Of a stretch of DNA of 64,000 nt, positions 22,705 to 37,199 are shown in pieces. The position numbers and the translations under genes are program-made. Every line of letters begins with the position of its first letter. Positions within the stretch are counted from its first letter, which is position 1. The notes below the pieces were generated by a model, which had not been told where the DNA came from, ran no database searches, and saw nothing but the letters and a program-made list of their open reading frames with translations. The DNA is taken from the NCBI GenBank assembly GCA_043228905.1, contig JBHGNT010000006.1, positions 4,340,001-4,404,000 of the forward strand. The letters are read 5' to 3'. This DNA is from Azolla caroliniana. Lineage: Eukaryota; Plantae; Polypodiophyta.

Positions 22705-25700
22705 AAAGTCAAGGGGGAGGCCTACTTGCTTTTATTGTGGCAAGCCGGGACACTTCCATAAGAACTGTCGGCACTTCCGAAAAGACAAGGAAACCGACGG
22801 TACCGATTCGAAGCGGACACCAAACCGGAACGATAAAGACCGGAAGGGACCGGACCGGAAGGGAATGAAAGCAATCGCGGCAAGTGAAGAAGAGTTGATG
22901 CTCATCACCGAGGAGTGTGAGTTGAACCTTGCCGGTGACGAGACAACGTGGGTTGTCGATTTCGGAGTGTCGTTCCACCTTACCCCGGACCGGAAATGCT
23001 TCTCATCCTACACAGCCGGTGATCACGGTTGTGTCCAGATGGGGAATGAAGGTACATGCCGAATTGTCGGCATAGGAGACGTGTGGTTAACAACACCAAC
23101 CGGATGCAAGCTGCTGTTGAAGGATGTCCGACACATTCCGGAGGTTCGACTGAACCTGATATCAGCCGGTCGGCTAGATGATGAAGGCTACACGGGTAGC
23201 ATCCGGAACAGAGTCATGAAATTTAGCGAAGGGAGCCTGATAGTGGCTCGGGCCTGGAAGGTCAACACATTGTACCTAATGAATGCCTGATTATGCCCAG
23301 AAGAAGTGAACGTGGCATCTGACACTACCGGTGAGCTGTGTCACATGAGCGTGAAGGGGATGAAGAGGCTTGCCGATGACAACCTCATTCCGGTGAAGAA
23401 CATGCATCTTGAGAGGTGCACCGACTACCTAGCCGGTAAGCAAAACCGGACCTCCTTCCGATCAAGGCCACCGATGAGACGTAATGCACCATTGGAGTTG
23501 GTGCACACCGATGTGTGTCAAGTAGACAGGAAGTCCCATGCCGGAACGCAATATTTCGTGACATTCATAGATGACCACAACAGGAGGTTGTGGGCCACAT
23601 CGTTGAAGGCGAAGGATCAGGTGTTATCCGTCTTCAAGGAGCTCCACGCAAGAGTGGAAAGAGAAACCGGACGGAAGCTGAAGGCGGTTTGAGTAGATAA
23701 CGGAGGAGAATACCGGGGACAGTTCAAGGAGTACTGCCGCTCGAAGGGAATCCGGCTCGAATTTACCGTGCCGAAGACGTCGAAACTAAACGGGCTGGCC
23801 GAGAGGATGAACCGGACCATAATGGAGAGGGTCCGGAGTATGCTAGCACATGCTAATCTACCCAAGACATTTTGGGTTGAGGCATTGTCAACAGCGACAT
23901 ATGTGATAAATAGATCACCCTCAGTGCCCTTGGATGGAGACACGCCGCAAAAGGTGTGGACCAGTAAGGAAGTGTCCTACCAGCATCTGAAGGTGTTCGG
24001 GTGTCTCGCGTACGTTCATGTTGCTAAGGACCGGAGAGGAAAGTTGGATCCAAAGACCCGGCCATGCATATTCCTTAGATACGGCGATGATGAGTTCAGC
24101 TACCGAGTGTGGGATCTGGTTGACAAGAAGGTTTTCCGGAGTCGTGATATTATCTTCATGGAGGACAAGACTCTTGCCGACTGGGAGTCGGAGAAGAAGA
24201 TAATGAACTCCGATGAGATTCAGACCCACCTGGCTAAGAGTCGGTTGACACTGAAGGAACCAGCCGGTTACGGTGAGGATACCGAACTGGCAGAAGAAGT
24301 AGTAGAGGAAGCTAAAACCGGAACCGGTCAAGACCCCGAATCGGATTCCGATGAAGAACAAATAGAGGAGCCGGTTGCCGAAAGCCATAGAAGGAGATAT
24401 CCTCTCAGAGAGAGAAGGGTCCCCCGGAGATTTCCGGATGTAGAGCATGTGCTGCTGACCGATGAGGGGGAGCAGGAAAGCTTCGAAGAAGCGAAGGATG
24501 ACACCCATAGCCGCAAGTGATTGAGTGCCATGCAGGACGAGATGGATTCCCTGCATGAGAACCACACGTATGAATTGGTGGAGTTGCCGAAAGGAAAGAG
24601 GGCACTCCGAAACAAGTGGGTGTACAAGTTGAAATTGGGAGATGTCGGCAACCCTCCAAGGTACAAAGCCAAGATCGTGGTGAAGGGGTTCCAACAGAAG
24701 AAGGGCGTGGACTTCGACGAGATATTTGCCCCGGTAGTAAAGATGACTTCCATCCGGATGGTGCTAAGCATAGCGGCGACCATGGACCTCAAGGTAGAGT
24801 AGTTAGACATGAAGATTGCGTTCCTCCACGGCGACCTCGAAGAGGAGATCTACATGCAGCAATCAGAGGGATTTGTGAAGAAAGGGAAGGAGCACCTGGT
24901 TTGCCGGTTAAAAAAGAGCCTCTACGGGTTGAAGCAGGCTCCCCGACAATGGTACCGGAAGTTCGACTCCTTCATGACCGATCAAGGGTACCACAAGACG
25001 CAGGCCGATCACTGTGTATTTTTGAAGAAGTTTGAAGGTGGAGACTTCCTGATACTCCTCTTGTACGTGGATGACATGTTGATCGTCGAACGAGACCAAG
25101 TCAAGATACGGATGCTAAAGAAGGCCATGAACCGAACCTTCTCAATGAAAGACTTGGATCCGGCAAGATAGATGTTGGGGATCCATATCATCTGGGACCG
25201 GCCAACGAAGCAATTGTGGTTGTCACAGGAGAAGTACGTGACAAAGGTGCTTCAACGGTTCAACATGTCAGATGCGAAACCGGTCATATCGACACTTCCG
25301 GCAAACTGCAAGTTATCTGGTAAGCAAAGCCCGAGGACAAAGGCAGAGAAGGCGGATATGATGAAGATACCATATGCCTCTGCCGTCGGGAGCCTAATGT
25401 ACGCAATGGTGTGTACCCGACCGGATATCGAATATGCAGTCGGAGTGGTGAGCCGGTTTATGAGCAATCCTGGCAAGGAGCACTGGAATGCGGTAAAATG
25501 GATACTCCGATACTTGAAAGGCACCTCAAGTATGTGTCTCCGATTCGACTCCGATAAACCCCAACTTGACAGTTTCACCGATTCGGATATGTCGGCTGAT
25601 GCGGATACCAGTCGGTCAACATCCAGATATGTCATGACATATGCGGGGGGAGCTATTTCGTGGTAATCGAGGCTGCAGAAGACAGTTGCGTTGTCAACCA

Positions 25701-26041
25701 CGGAAGCGGAGTACATGGCGGTTGTGGAAGCCGCCAAGGAAATACTATGGATGAAGGACTTCATCAAAGAGCTAGGGATCCGGCAAGAGGAATACCAGCT
25801 CTATTGCGACAGTCAAAGTGCCATCCATCTTGCGAAGAACGCAGCGTATCATTCCAGAATGAAGCACATCCAACGGAGGTACCATTGGATTCGGGAGCGA
25901 GTAGAAGACCGAGAGTTCGTGTTGACGAAGATCCACACGGAGGACAACGGGTCGGATATGCTGACCAAGGTGTTGATGCCCGACAAGCTAGACGCATGCC
26001 GAAAGCGAATTGGACTGACGAGGCATCCCATGCCGGAGTGA
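22705..26041 (+). pseudogene. Copia-2 CCHC, PR, INT, RT, RNase H (multiple stops)
   Basis: Collinear and highly similar to Copia-1 pol (LLYVDDML, YCDSQSAIHLAKN). Confidence 0.93.
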
Positions 26042-26051
26042 AGGGGGAGTT

Positions 26052-26586
26052 TGTTAGGATCTCGGTCCCTCCGGATGGGATACGAAGGCCCGACATCGGA
26101 AGACCCGGTGAGAACTGAATGTTGCAGGCCTGGTGAGAACCTCCCATTGTGTGAAAGGGACATATATGTAAATATGTTCCAAAGAGCCCACTAGGGCTAT
26201 ATTTGTAAATAGCCCGAAACTCATATTAGTATAAATATGACCTAGGGCAAACTCAATGGAGATGATGATAGAGTTATTGGTGTAACTTTTGTACAGTGCG
26301 TAAGAGTGAGAGAGAGAGCGATATACAGAGATTGTGTCTGTAGGCGAAGATTGTGAGCAAGAGGTCGTTGCCTTTGTGCTCCCTGTTGTATTACTTGACA
26401 TAGTGATAGTTTGGAGTCAGTGGAGTCCCGTGGTTTTTCCCTCTCAGGGTTTTCCACGTTAACATCCTGTGTATTCTCTTTCTATTTAGTGTACTTACCT
26501 CCATTTCCCTTTCTTTTGTGTTTGATTGTCATCAAGTGATCTACGTTTCGGTTGTAGCCGGAGATTATTCCGCTTATTTCTCGTCA
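26052..26586 (+). repeat. Copia-2 3' LTR
   Basis: TGTTAGGATC...CTCGTCA, matches 15062-15714. Confidence 0.92.
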
Positions 26587-28600
26587 GCACTCGCGTTTTT
26601 CTTTTCTTTTAAATTACTTTTTACCTGTTGTAAATCCGGGAGTAACATTGGTGAGGTTGGAAATTTTTCCAATAACTTTTGCGTGTCAACCAATGCCCGA
26701 CGTAAATTGGTAATTTGTGCATGGCATCGATCAACTCAAGAGGCAACTATATTTATGAAGAAGCTCTTGATGTCGAGGATGGCATGAGTGATATCTCCAA
26801 GCAAAGAGGCATTAGAGAAGCTATATTTGGACTAGATTTGAGATATAGAAACTCTATTAGTTCCAACAGCAAACAATGAGGTCGGGATACGGTATTGCTT
26901 AAGATAAGATATTCTAGTGAATTCAATGTTTAACTTCAATGGATAATGATTAGACCTTACCGTCCCAACAATAATCCCCATAGATCCAAAACCATCCCAA
27001 AAAAAACTATTGCCATAGAACTTATGTAATTGTGCCAAATTAGCTACAACCACACTTCCATCTTACCAGGAGAAATGAAGAGAGCCTTCCATTCGAGAGA
27101 AGGAATGAATATTCCATAGGTCTGGTAATCCAAAAGATAAATAGAAGGAATCCCAAGCTCTAGCTTCTCGACCAGTAATTGTGCTAATTGAGCCTCCCCT
27201 TCTATCAAATGCTTCCTCAATCATGTTAAAGTCACCACCCACAAGCCAAGAATCCGCTAATCCGGCATATTCAGAGAGAGAAATCCAAAATAAAGCTCTT
27301 TCTGATGTTGGGTTAGAAGCATATAAATTTATAATGCCAGTCTTTTGAGGTCCTATTTGAAGAATAAGAAATTGTGCCCTTTTATTCAAAATAGTACTTG
27401 CCTAGACTATGATGGATGCCCATTGTTCTTTAATCGCCATACATAAACCAGCTTGTCTATTGTTTGGACCTATTGTTGGAACCTATAAATGTATCCATCT
27501 ACATGGTAGGATGGAACCATAAACCCGTAGCCTATCAGCGGATAAGTGATGCTCTTGCAGAAGAAGAATATCAATAACACCAACATTAGGTGTATCTTCG
27601 TAGAAGTCCTCTAAATCTAGGAAAGGTCTGATCCCCCAGGCCTTGCACATTCCAACTTAGGATATTTAACTTGTCCATACTACATATGATTTGAAGATGT
27701 CCACTTCTCAAGGAGAGCATCTTGGTGAATCTTCTTTGTGTCCTCTTGAGCGTGGATTTGTCTCTTTGTCAGCAAGTCCTTCCCCACATACTTATGAACC
27801 CTATGCTCTTTGACAGCCTTATCCAATAGTTGTCCTACTGCCATATCCTGCGAGGATCCAAACTTGAATCCATTGTCCTCTTTCTCTATTAATGATAAAG
27901 CTTTTCCTCTATTATTATCAGTGGTAGCAATAGGTGCAGCTTCCTCCAGTCGTTCGATAGTGAAAGTCATCATCTTTTGTTGCCCTTGCAACTCTAACTG
28001 TCCTAAGTGCTTAGCTATTTCAATCTCCATGTCTTCTTGATCTTGGGTAATTGCCTTCTCTTTCAATTTTTCTTACGAGACTGTTTTAACAGGAAAACTC
28101 AATTGAGGTTCTTGTATAATTTTGATAGGTGGTTGACCATATCAACTGAGAAGATGACTTAGAAATCATTGTTGTCATTGGGGAACATGTATCAGTCTTT
28201 GGCAAGGCCAATGAACTTGTAGCAAGTGGCTCTTGAGGAACCTCATCTTCTTGTTGAAGTATTGTATATTTATTTTGAGGGGGAGGAAATTCCTTAAGGT
28301 TATTAGACTACACTTGCTGAGTTTTACTTGACAAGGCATTTAGAGATGTTTTCCTATTCCCTACTATAGTCCATCCCTCAGATGAGGCCTTGAATGGAAC
28401 AATGGTTGTAGAGGCCTCCACTATATGAGAGACACTAGTAAACACCTTAGGACAATGTTTGGCCAAATGGCCAAACTTGAAACACCAAAAACATTGATTA
28501 GGTAGACCTCGGTACATGATTTTCTGAGAGTACGGAGGTTGCGTTGAGTCCAACAAATTAGGCAATAGGATGTGAGACAGCAATACCAGAGCTTTTTGAA
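26587..28600 (-). mobile_element. Degenerate L1-like LINE: ORF1 C-terminus (CCHC) and ORF2 endonuclease
   Basis: CFWCFKFGHLAKHC knuckle at ~28455-28496; ORF1 stop at 27680 followed 1 nt later by ATG 27678 (MDKLNILSWNVQGL); LQEH, INLYAS and WLVGGDFN endonuclease motifs. Confidence 0.85.
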
Positions 28601-28759
28601 AGTGAGTTAATGAGAAAACCAGGCATTTTTCTAGAGTGGAAAAAAAACAGATTTTTGAGAGCTCATACTCTTTTTCGTGGCCTACTCCTTCAACGCTCTT
28701 GAGTACACCATTAAACGCCAAAGTCTCAGACATCACCGCCTCCGTTATCAACCATGTGT

Positions 28760-30444
28760 TGTGAGTTTTTGGTAGTTGGTTTTTGTGTCTTTTAGTTAGG
28801 TTTAGTTGTTGAGGAAATCCCATATTCCTTTCTTTCTCATAGTACTAACTTGTTTAGAGTAGAACTTTGGTGTATAAGTTTTACATTGATAGTGAATTAT
28901 TTTTGGACTAGGTCCCATGGTTTATACCTCTTTGAGGGTTAAATTTGTGGTCTATTGCTCATAGTTTTTGTTGTTCATCTTTCTTGTGTCCTTTGAATAA
29001 TCTTGCACAACATAATCTTTGTCTCACATAAGTGATTAAGTGCTACATATGGAGATGCTTCCCAACAAGACGAAGACCATGAGGATGTTGATGAACCAGA
29101 TATTATAAATAATGGGGTTGAAGCTAATCATGATGTTATTTTACCACATACAGACTTTGAGCAGGGGGAGCAAACTTCCTTACAAGATGCAGTCAATCAA
29201 CAACCTAGAAGGTCTACTAGAGAACGAAAACCATCTCTAAGGTATCCTAGTTCAAATTATGTCTTGATATCTAACGAGGGGGGCCTAAAAGTTATTATGA
29301 TGTTTTAAACCATAAGGGTAATTATGATTGGATAAAATCCATGCATGATGAAATGAACTCGTTAAAGAAAAATAATACCTTTGATTTAGTGGAACTTCCT
29401 AATGGAAGAAAAATTTTAAAAAATAAATGGGTATTCAAGTTGAAACAAGTTGATGGTAACCTTGTAAAACATAAGGCTCGTTTAGTTATGAAAGGTTTCA
29501 GCCAAAAGAAAGGTATTGATTTTGATGAAATTTTCTAGCCAAATATGAAAATGAGTTCTATTCGAGTTACTTTAAATCTTGAAGTTTAGGGTTTAGCAGG
29601 TACTTTAAATCTTGAGATTGAGCAGCTTGATGTGAAGATTGCTTTCTTGCATGAAGACTTGAAAGAAGAGATCTACATGGAACAATCGGAGGGTTTCGTA
29701 GAGAAAGGATTTAAGGACCATATGGCATGTAAGTTGAGAAAGAGTCTTTACAACCTAAAACAAGCACCAAGACAATGGTACAAAAGGTTTGATTCATTCA
29801 TGGTGAGTCAAAACTACACCAAGACTAATGGAGATCATTGTGTGTATGTTAGGCATTTTTCTAAAGGTAATTTTATTATTCTTTTATTGTATGTTGATGA
29901 TATGCTAATTGTAGGACAAGATGTAGATAATATCCACAAGTTATAGGTGGATCTATCTAAGTCCTTTCATATGAAAGGTTTAGGGCATGCTAAACATATT
30001 TTAGGCATTAAAATTACTCGCAATAGGGAATGTGGAAAGTTGTGGCTTTCTCAAGAAAAATACATAGAACGAGTACTAGAGAGATTTAAATGCATCATGC
30101 AAAACCGGTAAGTACACCTCTTGCTACTCATTTTAAATTATGTAGAAAAGATTGTCCACATGCCGAGCAAGAGAAGAAAGAGATGTCTTCAATTCCTTAC
30201 TCTTCAGCGATTGGCTCGTTGATGTATGATATGGTTAGCACAAGGCCAGATATTGCCCATGTCGTTAGTGTTGTAAGTAGATATCTCTTCAATACAGATA
30301 AGTCTCATTGGGATGTCGTAAAATGGATCAAATTTAGATATTTAAGAGATACATCCAAATTATGTTTATGTTTTGGAGATTCTAAACAAATTCTTGAAGG
30401 CTTTTCATATGCAGATATGGCAGGGGATCTTGACAGAAGAAAAT
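28760..30444 (+). mobile_element. Old Copia remnant: LTR-like piece ending CCCAACA (~29067) joined to an RT/RNase H fragment
   Basis: Motifs PRRSTRERKP, KARLVMKGFSQKKGIDFDEIF, LLYVDDML, YADMAGDLD; many stops. Confidence 0.8.
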
Positions 30445-30642
30445 TGTCACAGACACACCAAGCTCAGACTGGGACAGAGCACGGATGATGGAGCTACAAG
30501 CAACGGGCTACAAACTTGGAGCTAGAAGTGACAAGGTTAGGAACTCTAGAATGTGTGAGAGACATGAGAGCATGAAGACAGAGATGAAGAAGGAGACAAG
30601 ATGGAATGGAACAAGAATACTAGTAGATTGATGTATCAAGAT

Positions 30643-31226
30643 TGTTGGGATCGTTACCGGCCACAACCGGTTACTCGTATACAATGTGGGTGCAAATATC
30701 GACAATGACAATGCACAGACAAACACAGAAAACATAATGTACACGAAACAAGAGAACACAAAGACACTGGATGTTTTACGTGGAAAACCCGAAAAGGGAA
30801 AAAAACACAGCGGGTCCCAAACCCCAAGAAACCAATCACTAAGTGTACGGAGAGGAGTACAAGGAGACTCAGAGGTAACAACCTCGAGCTCGTCTTCATC
30901 TAACAGACGGCAGTAGAGTTACTACTCTCACTCTCACTCTTACTAGTTACAAAGGCAACTACTCACTGTAACTTATTACAACTATAATGATTATCACTCC
31001 CAACTAATGGTTTCCCTAGATGTATATATACACACATACAACATTTATGGCTATTTACAAATATAGCCTCCGAATCAGCTATTAAATCGATTATTCGGTT
31101 TATCCATTTCCGATTTCTGATTTCCGATTTCCGATTTCCGATTTCGGCCTCGGCCAAATTTCCTAATGACTCTCTATTTGATTCGGCTCGTACTCTTCCC
31201 ATCCAGAGGGACCTGGTTCCCCAACA
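30643..31226 (-). mobile_element. Copia-family solo LTR
   Basis: TGTTGGG...CCCAACA ends; perfect TSD AAGAT (30638-30642, 31227-31231); shares motifs with the Copia-1 LTR; internal TTTCCGA heptamer run. Confidence 0.88.
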
Positions 31227-33099
31227 AAGATGACACAACCAACCTTTTCTTTTGACAATTACCCATTAATGATATACTCAAAATAAAGAATAATCACACC
31301 TTGAAAATGTGTTTATGGCTAAATGGAACAAAAAATATCAATAATAACACATTTAATTACATAGCCCAACATTTTCGCACCCCCAACCACATCTTATCAT
31401 AACGATGTCCTTGAGGTGAGAACTTAGAAGAACACTACTCGCCTCACTTGTAGCATGAAGTATGGGGAGCATCTCACACTATGACGTCAGTGTTCACAAC
31501 CAACAACCAAACAATGCATCCCACCACGAATTACCCTATGTGATAACCTTGATAAGTTTTCCAAGCTCAATGCTTGGTCCTCCCTTCTCTTAGGTACATA
31601 TTTATCATCATCGTCATCATCATTACCTCATTTATACGCACCAAAGTTTAAAGCCCATTTGTTAGCATTGACTTTTGAACTTTTGAAGGGAGATGTTGTT
31701 GAATTCACTCATTCTATTGTGGAGAATGTGTAAATCTCAATGTTGAAACCCTTTTCTTAGGAATAGATTGTGTATCCATGGTATCAAACTTAATTTATGG
31801 AGATTTGAATAGTGCACGTACAACATCAAAACCATTGCCCAATACATAACCTTTACCCCTACAATATTGAAATCTACATGCATGTAACGTTTATAGATTT
31901 CAACAAAATCTAGTCTCTAATGTAGGAAGTGTTTTTTGGAAACATTCTTGAGTCTATTCTATAATACAAGAAACATTCTATGATGGCATCTAAATTCTCA
32001 CGTCTCTTCTATAATGTACATGTGTAAAGTTGTCACTTGTTTATTCTATCGAGCCAAGTGTGAAATGATACATTGTAACTTTTCTTCTTCCCTCCCTTGT
32101 ATAAGTTAGATTAAATATCTATTTATTGAAGCATGGGTCAAGGTTCATACATTAGCATATTTGCTTCATTTTAATTTCATATACGTTCACAACATCCATG
32201 TCAAATAACAAGTTATTCCATAAAATTTAAGAAGCCTTAAATTCCTTACTTTTCGTTGGAATGTTATAAGATCAAAAAAGTGGTTTTGGGGAAGTTGTGC
32301 AATATGATTCAAATGTAATATATTTTGAGGGGTATTCCAAAGAAGTTAAAGAGGATATGTAGAAATTAAGCTCCTATCCATATCCACCTTACGACCATAC
32401 CTTAAAAGTTCTTCTAAAGGAAAAAATACAATTATTAGTTAGATATATTGGTGGATGATGGTCTTATCCCCAATGTTTTGAGTAAATGGAGGTTCTTATT
32501 GGTCAAATCAATTCACATCCTAACAAATTCACCAATTTTTGGTACAAGCTCTAATTAATTTTATGTAGGCTTGATGTAAACCATATTCTTGTTTTATTTG
32601 AGGATATGTAGTCAATAAACTTTGGCAAAATTTCATTTCTTTTAGAAGTTTGATTAAACTATTGGAAAGAAGTTGAAGAATATGAAGATCTCATAAAAAA
32701 CTCTCATGAGTTTACATTACTATTGTTAAGAACCTAGAATTTACAATTGACACAACTCAAGACATACCACGTTGTTGGAGAGTTTTAGATTTTTTGGGCA
32801 GTGGTCACTTTGAGCTTCATTTGACCATATTTTATTAATGCTTGCATTTGCTTCTTGTATGATGATCTTCTCCCTTATGTTTTAGGGCAAGGGATCATTA
32901 TAATTTATATGATAGGACAATGTTAATAAGGACACACTGCTTTTCTTTTTTCTTTTTTCTTTTTTTCCAAAATGAAGATACTTTCCCATTTGTTAGGAAG
33001 GATTATTACATAGAGAGTCTACAAGGAGACTTATACACAGATCGGGGAGTCTTCCTCTGATCAAGTAAAGGAAGATGAGCCTACTTACAATGCCCTGCT

Positions 33100-33760
33100 A
33101 GATAAACGTGGCGGCCCGGTAGGCTGCCCACTGTGCTCTCGACCTATTGAGACTCTGAGACATTGTCTATGGGATTGCCCTCAAGCTCAAAAGATCTGGG
33201 ATAGAGTGACTCGCCTCCTTGCGGCATGTGAAGTTGAAGGAACAGCCTCGTGGAGCGTTGTGGCATGGATTGATCACTCGGTCGAAGGGTGGACAGACAT
33301 TGTCAATGCGGATAGTTGGTGCTATGTATGCACGAGAGGCAAAATCGTCAAGATCCGTTTCGAAAGAGGCTTGTAGCCCGCATCCCCTAGGTTTCCAGAA
33401 ATTTGGATGTTGATCGCAGGTTTCACCTTGTGGTATATATGGAAAGCGCGTTGCCTCAAGGTTTTCCAAGGTATGGTACAACCCCCAGAGGAAGTGATCA
33501 TGGACATATGGTTCGCGATTATCAGCTGCCTACGAGGGCAACTGGAAGAGATTTGCAGCCACTCCAACGACGTGGTCTCTGCCCGTTTGCGCTTTTGACA
33601 GAAATGGCGGAACACACCTATGGTGATGCAAGGCGGGAGTGGCCCGAGGTGGAATTACCAGCCCCCACGCTGGTTGTTTCCTACTCACCTGTCACCCTCT
33701 CTTCGTTGTAGGCCCCAAGAGCCGACTCGTACTAGGCAACATTGAAGGGCATCGCCTTAG
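33100..33760 (+). mobile_element. L1-like LINE 3' fragment (zf-RVT region)
   Basis: CPLCSRPIETLRHCLWDCPQAQKIW and LWYIWKARC motifs. Confidence 0.75.
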
Positions 33761-36700
33761 ATATAGGTAGCTTCTCACACTGCTTTTTTATTTATGTGAG
33801 AATCCATCTTGGTTTTAAAATGTATATTGTTATGAACAATGCTAACCTCTAGCACTCGAAAATGTAATGTCTAGACATAATTATGTAAATTTCACCCAAT
33901 CTTAAATCACATGTAAGAATTTGTTTGAAAGCAAATCAAAAAGTGGAAAAAACACCTTTTTTCATGATTATCACAAGTATTTGACATTGATCCCATGTGA
34001 TTAACCTTGTACTATTTTCAACAGAAATCCAATATTATCATTGTTTTCTATGAATCATCAATACTACCATTGTTCGTAGTTTCTATGGGAAAATTACTCA
34101 TTTGAATGTGTTTCACAATTTAATGGGTGTTTGATTTCTTTTCAAACACTACTTGAAATCCCAAAGGCGACTTTTGGGTTTCCCAATCCTTCTTAGCTAA
34201 GTATGATATGTTTTTTAACTTGAATTATTATCATGATTCAAGGCACCCCATTTCTCACCTACGATATAGTCAAGTACACACATGTGATTTGTTGGCTTCA
34301 AATAAGATGATATTTTATATCCTACAACCAAGTACATGCATGTCATTTGTAGGCCTCCAAATGTGGATGTATACTAATATTTAAGAAGAGAGAAACAACG
34401 AAGTAAAGTTGCACTTTTGTGGTCATGTACATAGTTTCCATACTATTTGTTTTTGTTGCACTCTCTTCATGTATTACAAAACAAAAAAAGTGAGTTGTAA
34501 AGGCACTCCATTTAGTAACACCCTAATAGTCTCCTTTCTTGAAACTACATGAAGACATTAAATCATAATCGGGTCTCTTAGATGTGTAAAGGATGAACCT
34601 TATTGACTAAGTCGATGTTAACTTAATTGCATGAAAGGTTATTTACGTGATTGAGTTTTACACGAGTTTAGAAACTTCACGAATGTTTCAATCCATGTAT
34701 ATGCTCTGTTTCACATTATCTCAAACCATAACCATTACACCAACCTAGATGGTGGCATCTTCGTATTACTCCATTAAATTCTAAACATGTTTCTTGAGAA
34801 TTTTGATAATATCTAGTTGATTCCCTACATTAAGTTCAACTAATTAATTATTGAATGAACCCTATATTGGATCCCATCCATAAATCCATGCATTGTTTTA
34901 AGTTTTGAGCAAAAGAGCATCAAAGAGAGGGTTAATTGAAATAACACACTATGAAAGAAAGTAAGACACACTAAAGTCAAGACATAGCTAACATGCCAAC
35001 AAAAACATTGTGCAAGCATGTACGTATATATTTAAGCATGCATACGATGGCGATAAAACTAAAGATACAAGTCAATTTATAGGTATAATGTGGGAACATT
35101 GATTGTATCCCTATTTCCATATATCCATGATAGACTAGGCCAAGACAACCTTCGCATGTAAAATGTGTATTGTATTATCTTCACCTTATCGCTATATTAA
35201 TTGCCACATCAAATCTTAATGTTGCATGTTCCATCATTTTTATGCATGTGTTTAACTTATTAGAGAAATTGTGAGATATTTCAAGGAATTATGTTTAACA
35301 TTATCCGGAGAGCTCTATCATTCGAGTTTAAATTGTATTGTTTCCCAAAACCTTACAAAAACCTTCCCAACCTTCTTGCAAAACAAACCTATGCAAAAGC
35401 TTTTTGAATGATTACGAGAGCAATCAAAAACTTTTTTGGGAGGTATTCTCATAGTAAATTAGACACAAGCTGACACTTGCACTGGAATTGCCTCCCCCTC
35501 ATGAATTGGATATGAAAACAATCATCTAAGAATTTTGATTGGAGCGTAATAAGTGGCGTTGTCATATTTATAAAATTGGTTGAAGAAGCAATCTAGGCAT
35601 TTTGACATAGACCTTAATCAACATTATGATCCTTCTTTTGCCATGGATTGATTTACGTAAGGATTACTCTTTAGACCAATCTTCTCAGGGTAAAGTCCTA
35701 GCCACATCAACAACTCATGTGAACATAAATGTCCATGTCCATTTCTATCCTTCTAAGTTGGTCTATAAGAAAACTCCACGATTTGAATGAGCAAACTTGC
35801 AGGAAAATAATTGTGAACTACTCATGGTGCATTTAATGAGCCGTAACATTATAAATCACAAGCTTTACCATTGGACGATCTTAGAACAATACGAAATTTA
35901 TGCAACAACAAAAAATGAAGGCTATAGATACATGAAAATATTGCGGATTGAGCTATCAAATAAAGAGCATGATTGGGTAAATATCCTTTAGTTGTAAAAC
36001 AAATGCCTCGAACTATAATCTATGTAAAAGCCTTTGCTATACAAATAAATCTTGATCAAGTGATTAGGCTACAACGAAGAAATAGACAAGGCCTATTCAT
36101 ATGAGAAACTAAACACTTCAATTTCAATAACCTTTTAGTGAAATTTGCCTTTGAAACAATGGTTATGAGATAAGGTAGATAAATTGGGTGATTAGGATCT
36201 TTTAAAAATATAGGCATCCCAAAAGAATTTGAGCAAGGCAAATGCAAAAGTTCAACAAACAAAGACACACATGGAGTGATGTCAATGGAAGCAATATACA
36301 CCTAGAGCTAAGATTGTTGTTATAAGCAATATCTTTCGTTTTTCTTTATATTCTCAAATGTTGCTAGATTTGAACTCTCTTGAGATGCCTTTTGGTTGAT
36401 ATTGCCTCCTCCACAAAAGAGCAAATTATATGTTCTATATATGAGGGATCATGTGCTTAGATACATTCCCATTTATTTTCTTAGTGGCATGTGCTTTGCG
36501 AGCAAATTATGTAATCCTTTAACCCAACGATCGCCTTTTTATTGCTCTCTATGAAGGGTGCATACAATGTAAAGATATCATGGGTAATGTTAGAATAAAA
36601 GGATAAAGCACCATAAAGAATCATCATTGAAAAGATGGTTCCAATGAGTTTTGGTCTAACCAAGAAGTTCCACAATATGTCTTTGTGGTTTGATCAACTC

Positions 36701-37199
36701 GCATATCTTCTTGTAAAGAGTGATTCGGAGTTGAGATTATGATGTAGTCCAAAAACTGAAGGAGTACACGCAGGTATTTCGACAAATGTCCCAATCATTT
36801 TCAAAAACACCAGTCAAATTTTTTGAATAGAGGCACAAACGTTTGTAATTACAACTTGAAATCAATTTGGGAATGAATCGATCAATGTAAAGTGATCTTC
36901 CCTTTTCTCTGGCTGATTATGGTACTGAAAACACTTTATGAAAGAGTGAGGCCAAGGAAAGTTTGGAGATATTACCAAGATTGACGAGATCGAGTGAAAA
37001 AGGACGACCTCATTTGTAAGAGGAGGGTATGATGGGGGTGGAGGGAGCCCGGGAAACAATAAAGACAGAAGCGGGGAACCTTGGGGCAAAAATATTAGGG
37101 CATCGGGGAAAGAACAAAGAGCATCGCGCTCCAAAAGAGCCAGGGCCATCATCATCGGCGGGGCAAGCGATGGGGATGGTTAGAGTGTCCTCGGAAATG

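Larger units (their letters stand above)
15062..26586 (+). mobile_element. Ty1/Copia element 2 (degenerate), interrupted by a chromovirus
   Basis: LTRs 15062-15714 and 26052-26586; PBS TGGTATCAGAGC 15718-15729; PPT ~26038-26050; TSD GCTCT/GCACT (one mismatch). Confidence 0.94.

Noticed and set aside
30445-31545. Possible further LTR (TGTCACA...TGTGATA) hosting the solo LTR
   Set aside because: Termini are imperfect and no TSD was found; boundaries cannot be supported.
34300-36900. Faint integrase- or transposase-like traces (also ~43400-43850 and ~50760-51750)
   Set aside because: Too degenerate to assign by eye; needs profile-HMM searches.
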